Of a stretch of DNA of 43,463 nucleotides, positions 35,225 to 42,485 are shown piece by piece. The stretch is taken from the NCBI GenBank assembly GCA_023653145.1, contig JAMNXM010000001.1, forward strand, positions 1-43,463, written 5' to 3'. The stretch comes from Minisyncoccota bacterium. Lineage in GTDB: Bacteria; Patescibacteriota; Minisyncoccia; Phycocordibacterales; Phycocordibacteraceae. Numbering within the stretch: position 1 is the stretch's first letter; every line of letters begins with the position of its first letter. The translations under genes and the position numbers were made by a program. The notes beneath the pieces are model-generated. The model did no database searches, was not told where the DNA came from, and saw only the letters and a list, made by a program, of their open reading frames with translations.

Positions 35225-35479
35225 ATGAAGGCTGATATTCACCCACAAGGTTTCCGTCCCGTCATTTTTGATGATGTGGAGGCTGGCGTCCGTTTTCTTA
35301 TTGGCTCAACAGTCCGTACATCCGAGAAGGCAAAGTGGGACGACGGTAAAGAGTATGACGTCTTTACGGTAGAAATCTCATCAGCATCGCACCCGTTTTA
35401 CACTGGCAAGAAGGTCACCATTGACCGCGCTGGTCGCGTCGAGCGCTTTAAGGCTCGCGCCTCAAAGGCAAAGAAGTAA
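35225..35479 (+). CDS. rpmE: 50S ribosomal protein L31, type B (no CxxC zinc motif)
   Basis: It reads MKADIHPQ...[14 protein letters not shown]...GRVERFK and contains no Cys residues. The track start at 35189 is a non-ATG extension. Confidence 0.88.
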   Translation: MKADIHPQGFRPVIFDDVEAGVRFLIGSTVRTSEKAKWDDGKEYDVFTVEISSASHPFYTGKKVTIDRAGRVERFKARASKAKK

Positions 35480-35489
35480 CTTTTAAACC

Positions 35490-35518
35490 GCGCTACACTT
35501 ACCTTGTAGCGCTTTTTT
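35490..35518 (+). terminator. Rho-independent terminator after rpmE, ending 2 nt before the prfA ATG
   Basis: The stem is GCGCTACA / TGTAGCGC with a 7-nt loop, followed by TTTTTT. Confidence 0.75.
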
Positions 35519-35520
35519 CT

Positions 35521-36480
35521 ATGGAGCTTGATGAGTATCGCAAAGACCATCGCACCACGTTCCTTGCGGGTGAGTATGAGCGTCTGGGGGGAGAGTTAGA
35601 GAAAGCACAAAGTCTCAAGGTAAGTGACCCGACTCTGGCAGAACTTGCTGATGAAGAAATAGCAACACTTGAGACACAACGCACTGACCTGTGGCGCCAG
35701 ATGGAAAAGATCGTCGCCGAAAGCGACGCTGCCGAGCGCGAGGCGGTCGCTGCAGTCATGGAGTTCCGTGCAGCAGCAGGTGGAGACGAGGCGGCTTTGT
35801 TTGCCGAAGAACTTGCACGCATGTATCAGCGCTATGCAGAGCGTCGCGGGTGGGAGGTAAAACTCCTCGACGGACTCAAAGCCTTTGAGATAAAGGGTAA
35901 GGCAGTGTACGAGGCGCTCCAGTACGAGACAGGGGTGCACCGTGTTCAGCGTATTCCTGCGACGGAGAAGAATGGCAGAATCCACACCTCAACAGCATCC
36001 GTCGCCATTTTGCCTATTAGAAAGTTTACCAAGACGGTACTGAACCCCGCGGACCTTGAGATGGAGTTTTCGCGCTCGGGTGGGGCAGGTGGGCAGAACG
36101 TAAACAAGGTTGAAACGGCAGTGCGTTTGGTGCACAAGCCAACCGGCCTTGAGGTGCGCTCGCAGTCAGAGCGCTCGCAGGCTGCAAACCGTGAAAAGGC
36201 AATGCAAATTCTTGCCGCAAAGCTTGAGAACTTGAACGAAGAAAAGGCAGCCAAAGAGCACTCTGAGGCCCGAAAGGCGCAAATTGGGACTGGAGACCGG
36301 TCAGAGAAAATCAGGACGTACAACTTCCCCCAAGATCGTTTGACTGATCACCGCATTAAGGAGTCATGGCACAACCTCCCAGGGATTATGGAGGGGGACT
36401 TGGACCCTATTATGGATACACTCCGCTCCAAAGTCGCTGAGGCTGGGGGTATTGGCGCCGCGTTGCCCGAGGATGAGTGA
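35521..36480 (+). CDS. prfA: Peptide chain release factor 1 (short N-terminus, 319 aa)
   Basis: It has the PAT tripeptide anticodon ([14 protein letters not shown]) and the GGQ motif ([16 protein letters not shown]). Confidence 0.9.
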   Translation: MELDEYRKDHRTTFLAGEYERLGGELEKAQSLKVSDPTLAELADEEIATLETQRTDLWRQMEKIVAESDAAEREAVAAVMEFRAAAGGDEAALFAEELARMYQRYAERRGWEVKLLDGLKAFEIKGKAVYEALQYETGVHRVQRIPATEKNGRIHTSTASVAILPIRKFTKTVLNPADLEMEFSRSGGAGGQNVNKVETAVRLVHKPTGLEVRSQSERSQAANREKAMQILAAKLENLNEEKAAKEHSEARKAQIGTGDRSEKIRTYNFPQDRLTDHRIKESWHNLPGIMEGDLDPIMDTLRSKVAEAGGIGAALPEDE

Positions 36481-36482
36481 TG

Positions 36483-36491
36483 TGTTAGAGT
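36483..36491 (+). promoter_or_regulatory. Extended -10 box TGTTAGAGT, 7 nt upstream of the rpsB ATG 36499
   Basis: Read directly from the sequence. Confidence 0.4.
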
Positions 36492-36498
36492 GAATCAC

Positions 36499-37200
36499 AT
36501 GTCTACTAGTCAAAACCCGCTGGTTGAGGCCCTGTTTAAGGTAGGGGCGCACTTTGGGTACGCACGCAGCCGCCGCCACGCAACCATGAAGTCATTGGTG
36601 TTTGGCGTAAAAAACAAGACCGATATCCTCGACCTTACGCAAACCGCGCCAATGCTCGAGTCAGTCCTTGAGTACGTTAAGGCACTCGCCGCTCAAGGCA
36701 AGACCTTGCTCTTTGTGTCAGGCAAGCCAGAGATGGCAACACTTATCCGCGAGTCAGCAGCGTCTATTGGTATGCCGTTTGTTGCAGGACGTTGGCTCGG
36801 CGGAACGCTCTCAAATTTCACCGAGATCAAGAAGCGCATGAACCGCATGAAGGAGCTCATCGACGAGCGCGACTCAGGTACCTCAGTGAGGAAGTACACC
36901 AAGAAGGAGCGCCTGATGATCGACCGCGAGATCGCACGCTTGGAGGAGAACTTCTCTGGTCTTGTATCGCTTGACCGAATTCCAGAGGCGCTTGTTGTTG
37001 TGGACACGCGTCGCGAAGACAATGCGGTCAAAGAGGCACGTGGCCTTGGCGTCCCGGTTATTGGTATCGCAAACTCTGACTGCGACTTGTCGCTCATTAC
37101 CCACCCAGTGGTAGGGAACGACGCGTCACGAGAGTCGGTACAGTTCTTCCTCTCAGAAATTACACGCGCGTACCAAGAGGGCCGTACCAAGGGCGCGTAG
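36499..37200 (+). CDS. rpsB: 30S ribosomal protein S2
   Basis: It has LFKVGAHFGY, ILFVSGK, RWLGGTLSNF and VVDTRRE..AVKEARGLGVPVIGI. Confidence 0.92.
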   Translation: MSTSQNPLVEALFKVGAHFGYARSRRHATMKSLVFGVKNKTDILDLTQTAPMLESVLEYVKALAAQGKTLLFVSGKPEMATLIRESAASIGMPFVAGRWLGGTLSNFTEIKKRMNRMKELIDERDSGTSVRKYTKKERLMIDREIARLEENFSGLVSLDRIPEALVVVDTRREDNAVKEARGLGVPVIGIANSDCDLSLITHPVVGNDASRESVQFFLSEITRAYQEGRTKGA

Positions 37201-37225
37201 TTATCAACTTAGTTTCATTCTCAAT

Positions 37226-37807
37226 ATGATTTCCTCTGACGTAGTCAAGGAGTTGCGCGATAAGACTGGTATTTCTGTTATGCAGTGTAAGGCTGCGCTT
37301 GAAGAGGCAGGTGGCGACATGGAGAAGGCGCTGATGCTCCTCCGCAAGAAAGGTTCGTCCATTGCAGACAAGAAGGGCGACCGCGTACTTGCAAGTGGTA
37401 TCTTTCAAACCTACACGCACGCAAACAAAAAGGTAGCGAGCGTCGTCGAGCTTTTGTCCGAGACTGATTTCGTATCGAAACACGAGGACTTTGCGAAACT
37501 TGCGTATGACATCGCGCTCCAGATTGCGGCAACAAACCCAGAGTACAAGTCACGTGCTGACGTGCCGGAAGAGATGATGACTAAGATTAAAGACATGTAC
37601 GTCGCCGAGGTTGCAGGTAAGCCAGAGAACCTCAAGGAGACCATTTTGTCAGGTAAGATCGATGCATACCTCAAGAACATCGTGCTTCTCGAGCAGCTGT
37701 ACATTAAAGACGACTCATTGACGGTCAAGCAACTTATCGATAACGCTGTCCAAAAGTTTGGCGAGCGCATCGAGATAGGGGACTACAAGCGTTTCAGTAC
37801 TAAGTAA
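37226..37807 (+). CDS. tsf: Elongation factor Ts (short form, 193 aa)
   Basis: It has an N-terminal UBA-like region (VKELRDKTGISVMQCKAALEEAGGDMEKA) and follows the conserved rpsB-tsf order. Confidence 0.9.
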   Translation: MISSDVVKELRDKTGISVMQCKAALEEAGGDMEKALMLLRKKGSSIADKKGDRVLASGIFQTYTHANKKVASVVELLSETDFVSKHEDFAKLAYDIALQIAATNPEYKSRADVPEEMMTKIKDMYVAEVAGKPENLKETILSGKIDAYLKNIVLLEQLYIKDDSLTVKQLIDNAVQKFGERIEIGDYKRFSTK

Positions 37808-37811
37808 CGGT

Positions 37812-38177
37812 ATGTTTGCGCCACTCACCCTCATACTTTCAGTATTGGTTGTGGCGCTCGCATTCATGTCGGTGCGCCGACTTGAGGCTGCACGTGGCAT
37901 CCGTTTTTTTGAACCTCAGCGCAGAGCGTTTGATGTATATGCAGAGTCTGTATGGGCAGCTCTTGTCCTCGGCGGGATCCCGGTCTCATGGCGCACGTAC
38001 GTACGTGCAGTGATACACGACATCACGCACATGTTGGTACGGCTCATGGTAGAGGTTATACGTGCCGTTGAGCGCCCCTTGGCCCGGCTTTCCTACAAGA
38101 TGCGCGTCTCGGCACCAAAGGGCACCGGTGCCCCTGTTTCTGAGTTTCTCAAAATTTTATCGCCAGAGAAAAAATAA
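37812..38177 (+). CDS. Hypothetical small membrane protein (121 aa)
   Basis: It has an N-terminal TM helix (LTLILSVLVVALAFMSV) and lies 4 nt after tsf. I recognise no homology. Confidence 0.45.
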   Translation: MFAPLTLILSVLVVALAFMSVRRLEAARGIRFFEPQRRAFDVYAESVWAALVLGGIPVSWRTYVRAVIHDITHMLVRLMVEVIRAVERPLARLSYKMRVSAPKGTGAPVSEFLKILSPEKK

Positions 38178-38181
38178 ATCT

Positions 38182-38257
38182 TGGAGCCGCCTCCCAGATT
38201 TGAACTGGGGACCTACTCATTACAAGTGAGTTGCTCTACCAACTGAGCTAAGGCGGC
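38182..38257 (-). tRNA. tRNA-Thr (anticodon TGT), CCA encoded
   Basis: The reverse complement folds canonically. Acceptor stem GCCGCCT/AGGCGGC. D arm GCTC-AGTTGGTA-GAGC. Anticodon arm ACTCA-CTTGTAA-TGAGT. T arm CCCAG-TTCAAAT-CTGGG. Discriminator T followed by CCA. Total 76 nt. Confidence 0.93.
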
Positions 38258-38266
38258 GACTTTTAT

Positions 38267-38272
38267 ACTATA
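38267..38272 (-). promoter_or_regulatory. -10 box TATAGT (minus strand), 9 nt upstream of the tRNA-Thr 5' end
   Basis: This is the reverse complement of ACTATA, read directly from the sequence. Confidence 0.4.
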
Positions 38273-38339
38273 GCGACTTTTGACTTGTTTTGCCACCTGT
38301 TTCTATACGTGATATGTAGAGCAACTCTGCGGCAAGGTA

Positions 38340-38348
38340 TGCTATAAT
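38340..38348 (+). promoter_or_regulatory. Consensus extended -10 box TGCTATAAT, 6 nt upstream of in-frame GTG 38355
   Basis: Read directly from the sequence. An identical 9-mer occurs at 43299-43307. Confidence 0.55.
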
Positions 38349-38747
38349 TTGCACGTGCAAACACTAAACTGTCTACAATGCAGTAGTGTCTTTTCAAGAC
38401 GTTGGCAGAAAAAGTACTGCTCTAACAAATGTCAGGCAGATGCACGATATATAAACTTTACAATTGAATGGTTGCAACGAGGGAAGAAAGTGGTGACTAA
38501 AAATATTTCGGGTCATATAAAAAGATACCTTATTGAGAAATTTGGGGAGAAGTGCTCTCACTGTGGGTGGAACGAAAAGCATCCATCCACGGGACGTGTG
38601 CCTATCGAAGTTGATCATGTGAACGGTAATGCTGCAGATAATAATCCTAAGAATGTGAGACTGCTGTGTCCCAATTGCCATGCTTTAACTGCATCATTCC
38701 GAAACCTTAATAAAGGGAACGGGAGGACTTGGAGAAAGACTCGCTAA
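38349..38747 (+). CDS. HNH endonuclease with an N-terminal Zn-ribbon (free-standing)
   Basis: It has CLQC...KYCSNKCQ followed by HCGW...EVDHVNGNAADNNPKNVRLLCPNCHALT. There is no in-frame ATG near the 5' end. The probable start is GTG 38355 (leaderless); TTG 38349 abuts the -10 box. Confidence 0.8.
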   Translation: MHVQTLNCLQCSSVFSRRWQKKYCSNKCQADARYINFTIEWLQRGKKVVTKNISGHIKRYLIEKFGEKCSHCGWNEKHPSTGRVPIEVDHVNGNAADNNPKNVRLLCPNCHALTASFRNLNKGNGRTWRKTR

Positions 38748-38773
38748 CGCAAATCTGGTACGCCGCTCAGTAA

Positions 38774-39457
38774 CTAATTCGTTTTCTTAGTACTTGTTGC
38801 GGTTGACGTCGCGAGCAACTCTAGTGGCAACTTGTCCTCGAGTTCAGTCAGCGACACTAAGCCGTTGTAGTTTTTGCCATTGATCACGTAGGCAGGGAGG
38901 GGCTCTTTAATATCGAGGACCGCTCGTAGCGTTTTAAGTGCCCCGAGGTCCAGGTTGTAGTCAAACGAGTATACGCGCAGTTTTGGGTACGTCTCTCTGA
39001 GGTATGAGAGCGCGTAACCCGCCTCCGCACACCCTGGGCAGTCGCCCTCGTTCGAGTAGAAGTAGAGGACAAAGACCGGTTTGAGGTCCACGCACTCTTT
39101 GGACAAGCGCTTCATCAGTAAGTAGTCCTTGATCTCAAGTAGAGTGTACTGGCGTTTGAGTTTAATAACTTCCTCATCATCGCTCCCGAGCCGATCTTCG
39201 GTGTATGACAGGCGTGCCGCAAGATCATTGAGTTCGCTCGACAAGACCGAACCTTCAGACACTTCTTTGCAAGGTGCTTCTGCTAAGAGATCAAACTGCG
39301 TTTCCAAGGAGAGTGTGTCGAGCGCTATTTTGTCCTCAATCCGTCCAATTTCCTCAATACGCGCATTGTTGAGATAGTCTACTGCCGCAAGCATGGTAAT
39401 AAAGAGACCGATGGTGATGGCGAGTGCGAGGAGTGCGTTTCTTTGTATGGGGTTCAT
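38774..39457 (-). CDS. Membrane-anchored thioredoxin-fold protein (CPGC active site) with a coiled-coil linker
   Basis: It has an N-terminal TM helix (ALLALAITIGLFITMLAAV). The thioredoxin-like context is VLYFYSNEGDCPGCAEAG...PAYVING. It lies 3 nt downstream of the GT2 gene. Confidence 0.65.
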   Translation of the reverse strand: MNPIQRNALLALAITIGLFITMLAAVDYLNNARIEEIGRIEDKIALDTLSLETQFDLLAEAPCKEVSEGSVLSSELNDLAARLSYTEDRLGSDDEEVIKLKRQYTLLEIKDYLLMKRLSKECVDLKPVFVLYFYSNEGDCPGCAEAGYALSYLRETYPKLRVYSFDYNLDLGALKTLRAVLDIKEPLPAYVINGKNYNGLVSLTELEDKLPLELLATSTATSTKKTN

Positions 39458-39460
39458 ATA

Positions 39461-40696
39461 CTAGCGCCAGGCGCGGTTGTAGCCAAGGATGACATCGCGT
39501 GTTGAGCGCAAGAGCCACAATGGCGCAATAAACGAGTAGAACGCGATGTACCACGCTAAGTCTAAAGCAATACTACGTTTCGTTCCAGAGATGTGTTTAC
39601 CGATATAGAGCGTCACCACAACTATTGCAACGCCGATAATCCCAAGAAGGAATAGTCCAGTTATTGGTAGGTAAAACCAGTCAAACTGGGGGAATGCGAG
39701 GGTGAGCGAGTGTGTCCATGGTACGTCGCCTTGGGTTGTAATGATGCGCGCCATAAACCGTGCAGTGTCGACAAGGAACAATACAAAGAGTGCAAGTCCT
39801 GAAGCGATCGCGAGTACGGCAAGTGGCATGACCATAAGTCCCAACACGCTGTATTTAGGATTCAGCATCAGGCCGCGGTAGTCGTAGGAGTTGCGCATAA
39901 AGCCACTGGTCCAGCGGGTGCGCTGTTTAACCAAAGCCCAGACTGTGCGCGGCGCTTGCGTAAAGACCTGTGCACGTGGAGCGTTCTCTATTTTGTAGCC
40001 ATGCTTTTGGAGTCGCATTGCCATCTCCATGTCCTCAGTCTGGTGCCCGTAGCGGAATCCGCCAACTTCCTGAAACACAGACTTCCGATAGAAGGAGAAT
40101 GGTCCTGGCGTCACATAGAGCCCGTTGACCGCAGCAAAGATGTGTCTGAGCGCTACGCCAGCAAGGTACTCGGCAAACTGCATGCGCTGGAGTATGTTTT
40201 TAGGTTCGTGGACGGTCATAGACGCAGTAACTGCAGCGACGCGCGGGTCGTCAAAGTGCGCCAAGACCTCCTTCAGTGCTCCGGGGTGCACAAACGAGTC
40301 GGCGTCGAGGCATCCCACAAATTCGGCCGCTGTGCGCTCGATACCGATGTTGAGACCTGTGTGCTTGCCGCCATTTTCTTTATGTATGACGGTGATTTGT
40401 GGGTGCGTAGTGTAGGTGTCCATCACTGCTGCAGTGCCGTCTTTTGATCCGTCATTGATCAAAAAGATGTCGAGTTTATCAGACGGATAGTCGAGTGTGA
40501 GCAGGGACTCAACGGTGCCACCAATGGTGGTTTCTTCGTTGTAGCAGGGGACAATAACTGCAACGTGTGGGAAGTTCGACTCGATGCGCTGCTTGTCGCG
40601 ACGCATCCGCGCGTCACGCGACAAAAACGTCAATAATGCAAAGATTTGGAAGAACAGCGCCAAGAATAGCGTGATGTAGAGGACCGCCTCTGTCAT
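39461..40696 (-). CDS. Processive family-2 glycosyltransferase (NodC/PgaC/cellulose-synthase-like membrane synthase)
   Basis: It has VAVIVPCYNEE, INDGSKDGT, LDADS, an ED motif (TEDMEMAMRL), QRTRWTSG (the QxxRW motif) and flanking TM helices. I chose ATG 40696 because of the TGCTATACT box 6 nt upstream. The track start at 40798 would overlap pheS. Confidence 0.85.
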   Translation of the reverse strand: MTEAVLYITLFLALFFQIFALLTFLSRDARMRRDKQRIESNFPHVAVIVPCYNEETTIGGTVESLLTLDYPSDKLDIFLINDGSKDGTAAVMDTYTTHPQITVIHKENGGKHTGLNIGIERTAAEFVGCLDADSFVHPGALKEVLAHFDDPRVAAVTASMTVHEPKNILQRMQFAEYLAGVALRHIFAAVNGLYVTPGPFSFYRKSVFQEVGGFRYGHQTEDMEMAMRLQKHGYKIENAPRAQVFTQAPRTVWALVKQRTRWTSGFMRNSYDYRGLMLNPKYSVLGLMVMPLAVLAIASGLALFVLFLVDTARFMARIITTQGDVPWTHSLTLAFPQFDWFYLPITGLFLLGIIGVAIVVVTLYIGKHISGTKRSIALDLAWYIAFYSFIAPLWLLRSTRDVILGYNRAWR

Positions 40697-40702
40697 GAGC
40701 GC

Positions 40703-40711
40703 AGTATAGCA
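40703..40711 (-). promoter_or_regulatory. Extended -10 box TGCTATACT (minus strand), 6 nt upstream of the GT2 ATG 40696
   Basis: This is the reverse complement of AGTATAGCA, read directly from the sequence. Confidence 0.5.
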
Positions 40712-40727
40712 AAAAAACGCTTTATTT

Positions 40728-41882
40728 CTAGCGAATTGTTGCGCCAAATTCTTCTCTCGTTGCTGCTTCGACACGAGTATGAAGTGCTTCGACTTCATCG
40801 CTGGTGAGCGTCCGCTCTATCGAACGGTACGTGATCCGATAGGCATAACTCATCTTGTCGGCACCAAATTTTTCATCGTTCTCATATTTATCTATGAGTT
40901 GAACCTCTTCCACCAAATCTCCTGCGATATCGCGTACGGTGTCAAAGTAATCGTTTGGAACGAAGGTTTTTGAGACTATGAATGAGATGTCACGAATAGA
41001 GGGCGGAAACTTTGATACATCTTTGTACACATGCCCGAGCATGAGTTGTTTTTTTATTCGCTCATCAGTCGACCAGAGTAGGCGAATGTCGGGAAGCGCC
41101 ATTGATGCGATGGCAGGGCGCTCAATACCAAAACCGAATGCCCACCCGTGGTAACCTTCAACTCCCATTTTCTTCAGAACACTCGCTTTTGGCATACCTG
41201 AACCGAGGAGTTCAAGCCACTCACCCTTAGCAGGGCCTTCTGCAGCGGTACCCTTAACATTGAGCTCTACTTCGAACGATGGATCTGTGTATGGGAAGGT
41301 GTCCGGATTAATGCGGTATTTCATTTCAGGACCAAAGATCGCGTGCACAATCTCGCCAAGTGCCGTGTGCAAGTCAGCAGGTATAACAGGTTGCGACAGA
41401 GGTGCTATATACCACCCTCCAAACTGATGGAAGACGTTCATGTGACGACTGTCTACTTCGTCCTTGCGGTACACCTTGCCATAGCAGAGCGCACCCATAG
41501 CCTCGCCACGGGCAATACGAGCCTTAACGGTAGGGTCGTTTAAGTAGTAGTACCAAAATACGGTGTCATGTGTACGTAAAATATTTTTCTCATCGACATA
41601 GTACGTGTCTGAGGTGCTGCGCGCAGGGTGTTCAGGAGGGAAGTCGAAGAGATCGAACGAGATATCAGTTGGGACGATTTCAGGAATGTTGATTATATCG
41701 AAGCCGGAAAATGCAGGCGCCTGCTTTACGCGCTCGGCAATATCATAGAGTGGAGAGCCTGGCGTACGCGACAAGTCGGGCATCGAAAGGTAGCGCTCCA
41801 TACGTCGCGCTTCTGCGTCAGTCCGACCCTTGAGGTGTGCAAGGAGTCTCTGTTCCTCGTCGCGGGGGATATTGATTTCCAT
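40728..41882 (-). CDS. pheS: Phenylalanine--tRNA ligase: alpha-type catalytic core fused to a C-terminal FDX-ACB anticodon-binding domain (mitochondrial/monomeric-type architecture)
   Basis: The class IIc motifs are HPARSTSDTYY, YRKDEVDSRHMNVFHQ, FPYTDPSFEV, WLELLGSGM and AFGFGIERPA. The C-terminal ~95 aa reads SKFPPSIRDISFIV...GDLVEEVQLIDKY...YRITYRSIERTLTSDEV, which is an FDX-ACB fold signature. Confidence 0.85.
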   Translation of the reverse strand: MEINIPRDEEQRLLAHLKGRTDAEARRMERYLSMPDLSRTPGSPLYDIAERVKQAPAFSGFDIINIPEIVPTDISFDLFDFPPEHPARSTSDTYYVDEKNILRTHDTVFWYYYLNDPTVKARIARGEAMGALCYGKVYRKDEVDSRHMNVFHQFGGWYIAPLSQPVIPADLHTALGEIVHAIFGPEMKYRINPDTFPYTDPSFEVELNVKGTAAEGPAKGEWLELLGSGMPKASVLKKMGVEGYHGWAFGFGIERPAIASMALPDIRLLWSTDERIKKQLMLGHVYKDVSKFPPSIRDISFIVSKTFVPNDYFDTVRDIAGDLVEEVQLIDKYENDEKFGADKMSYAYRITYRSIERTLTSDEVEALHTRVEAATREEFGATIR

Positions 41883-41890
41883 ACAGTACT

Positions 41891-41899
41891 ACTATAGCA
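41891..41899 (-). promoter_or_regulatory. Extended -10 box TGCTATAGT (minus strand), 8 nt upstream of the pheS ATG 41882
   Basis: This is the reverse complement of ACTATAGCA, read directly from the sequence. Confidence 0.5.
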
Positions 41900-41986
41900 A
41901 ATCGTCCACCTCTCGCATATGAACTACCATGAGGTTCCTCAATGCAGTCTTCACTGCATGTGCAACCAAAGTGTGGATTTCTAGTA

Positions 41987-42016
41987 TTGACGATGGCAAA
42001 GGCAATTTGCTAGAAT
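41987..42016 (+). promoter_or_regulatory. Sigma-70-like promoter: TTGACG, 18-nt spacer, TAGAAT; ATG 42023 lies 6 nt after the -10 box
   Basis: Read directly from the sequence. It would drive a transcript of about 145 nt ending at the 42128-42172 hairpin. Confidence 0.45.
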
Positions 42017-42127
42017 CTACGCATGTCGCGTAACTCGGCATCACAGGCTACGAAGTACTCTGTACTTCTCTCACTCGTCATTTGGACAGAGGGGGTTTGT
42101 GATTCACGGGCATAAGCGACAAAAAAG

Positions 42128-42172
42128 CCAAGAACTCACAAACCCTCCTCTGGAGGGATTTTTTGTTCTTGG
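42128..42172. terminator. Strong bidirectional terminator-like hairpin
   Basis: The outer stem is CCAAGAAC / GTTCTTGG and the inner stem is CCCTCC / GGAGGG. It is followed by a T tract on the plus strand (ATTTTTTG) and preceded by an A tract that reads CTTTTTTG on the minus strand. Confidence 0.7.
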
Positions 42173-42470
42173 GGGTCGATATTAGTAACCGTAATGCAAA
42201 AAATACGTATGGGAATGGAAGGGGGGACAGAGAGGTGCATGGTACATGCTGACCAAACAATGTCAGCGGATTGGGGCTGTATGAAGTGTCAATCGACTCC
42301 ATGTGAATGCGAGCCAGATGAAGGTGATTAATTAATTTTTTTAGATTATATGGGATTCAATGCGATGTTCGAGGTAGTACGTGGAGATGATGAAGTGGTT
42401 AGTGAGACGATGAGTTTGTGCACGTGTGGTCGCCCTGGTGGTGTCTGTGAGTGCTTCTAACAGTCTAATC

Positions 42471-42479
42471 TGCTAGTAT
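42471..42479 (+). promoter_or_regulatory. Extended -10 box TGCTAGTAT, 6 nt upstream of ATG 42486
   Basis: Read directly from the sequence. Confidence 0.5.
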
Positions 42480-42485
42480 GCAAGG

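Noticed and set aside
40697-40798. A longer GT2 ORF starting at 40798 that would overlap the 3' end of pheS by 71 nt
   Set aside because: The internal ATG 40696 is preceded by TGCTATACT plus 6 nt. The extension has no TM or GT2 features. The first TM helix and the VAVIVPCYNEE motif follow naturally from 40696.
42078-42302. A 74-aa minus-strand ORF in the non-coding island
   Set aside because: It reads straight through the 42128-42172 terminator hairpin and its A/T tracts, and it has a Pro/Leu/Ser-rich composition with no start-site support. The region may still be transcribed as an RNA from the minus-strand TATAAT box at 42345-42350 (see the finding).
41883-42485. The possibility that the island encodes tmRNA, RNase P RNA, SRP RNA or a riboswitch
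   Set aside because: By eye I found no tRNA-like 3' end with a GGTTCGA-type T-loop, no GAGGAAAGTCC-type RNase P core, no SRP domain-IV consensus and no known riboswitch core. This cannot be excluded without a covariance-model search.
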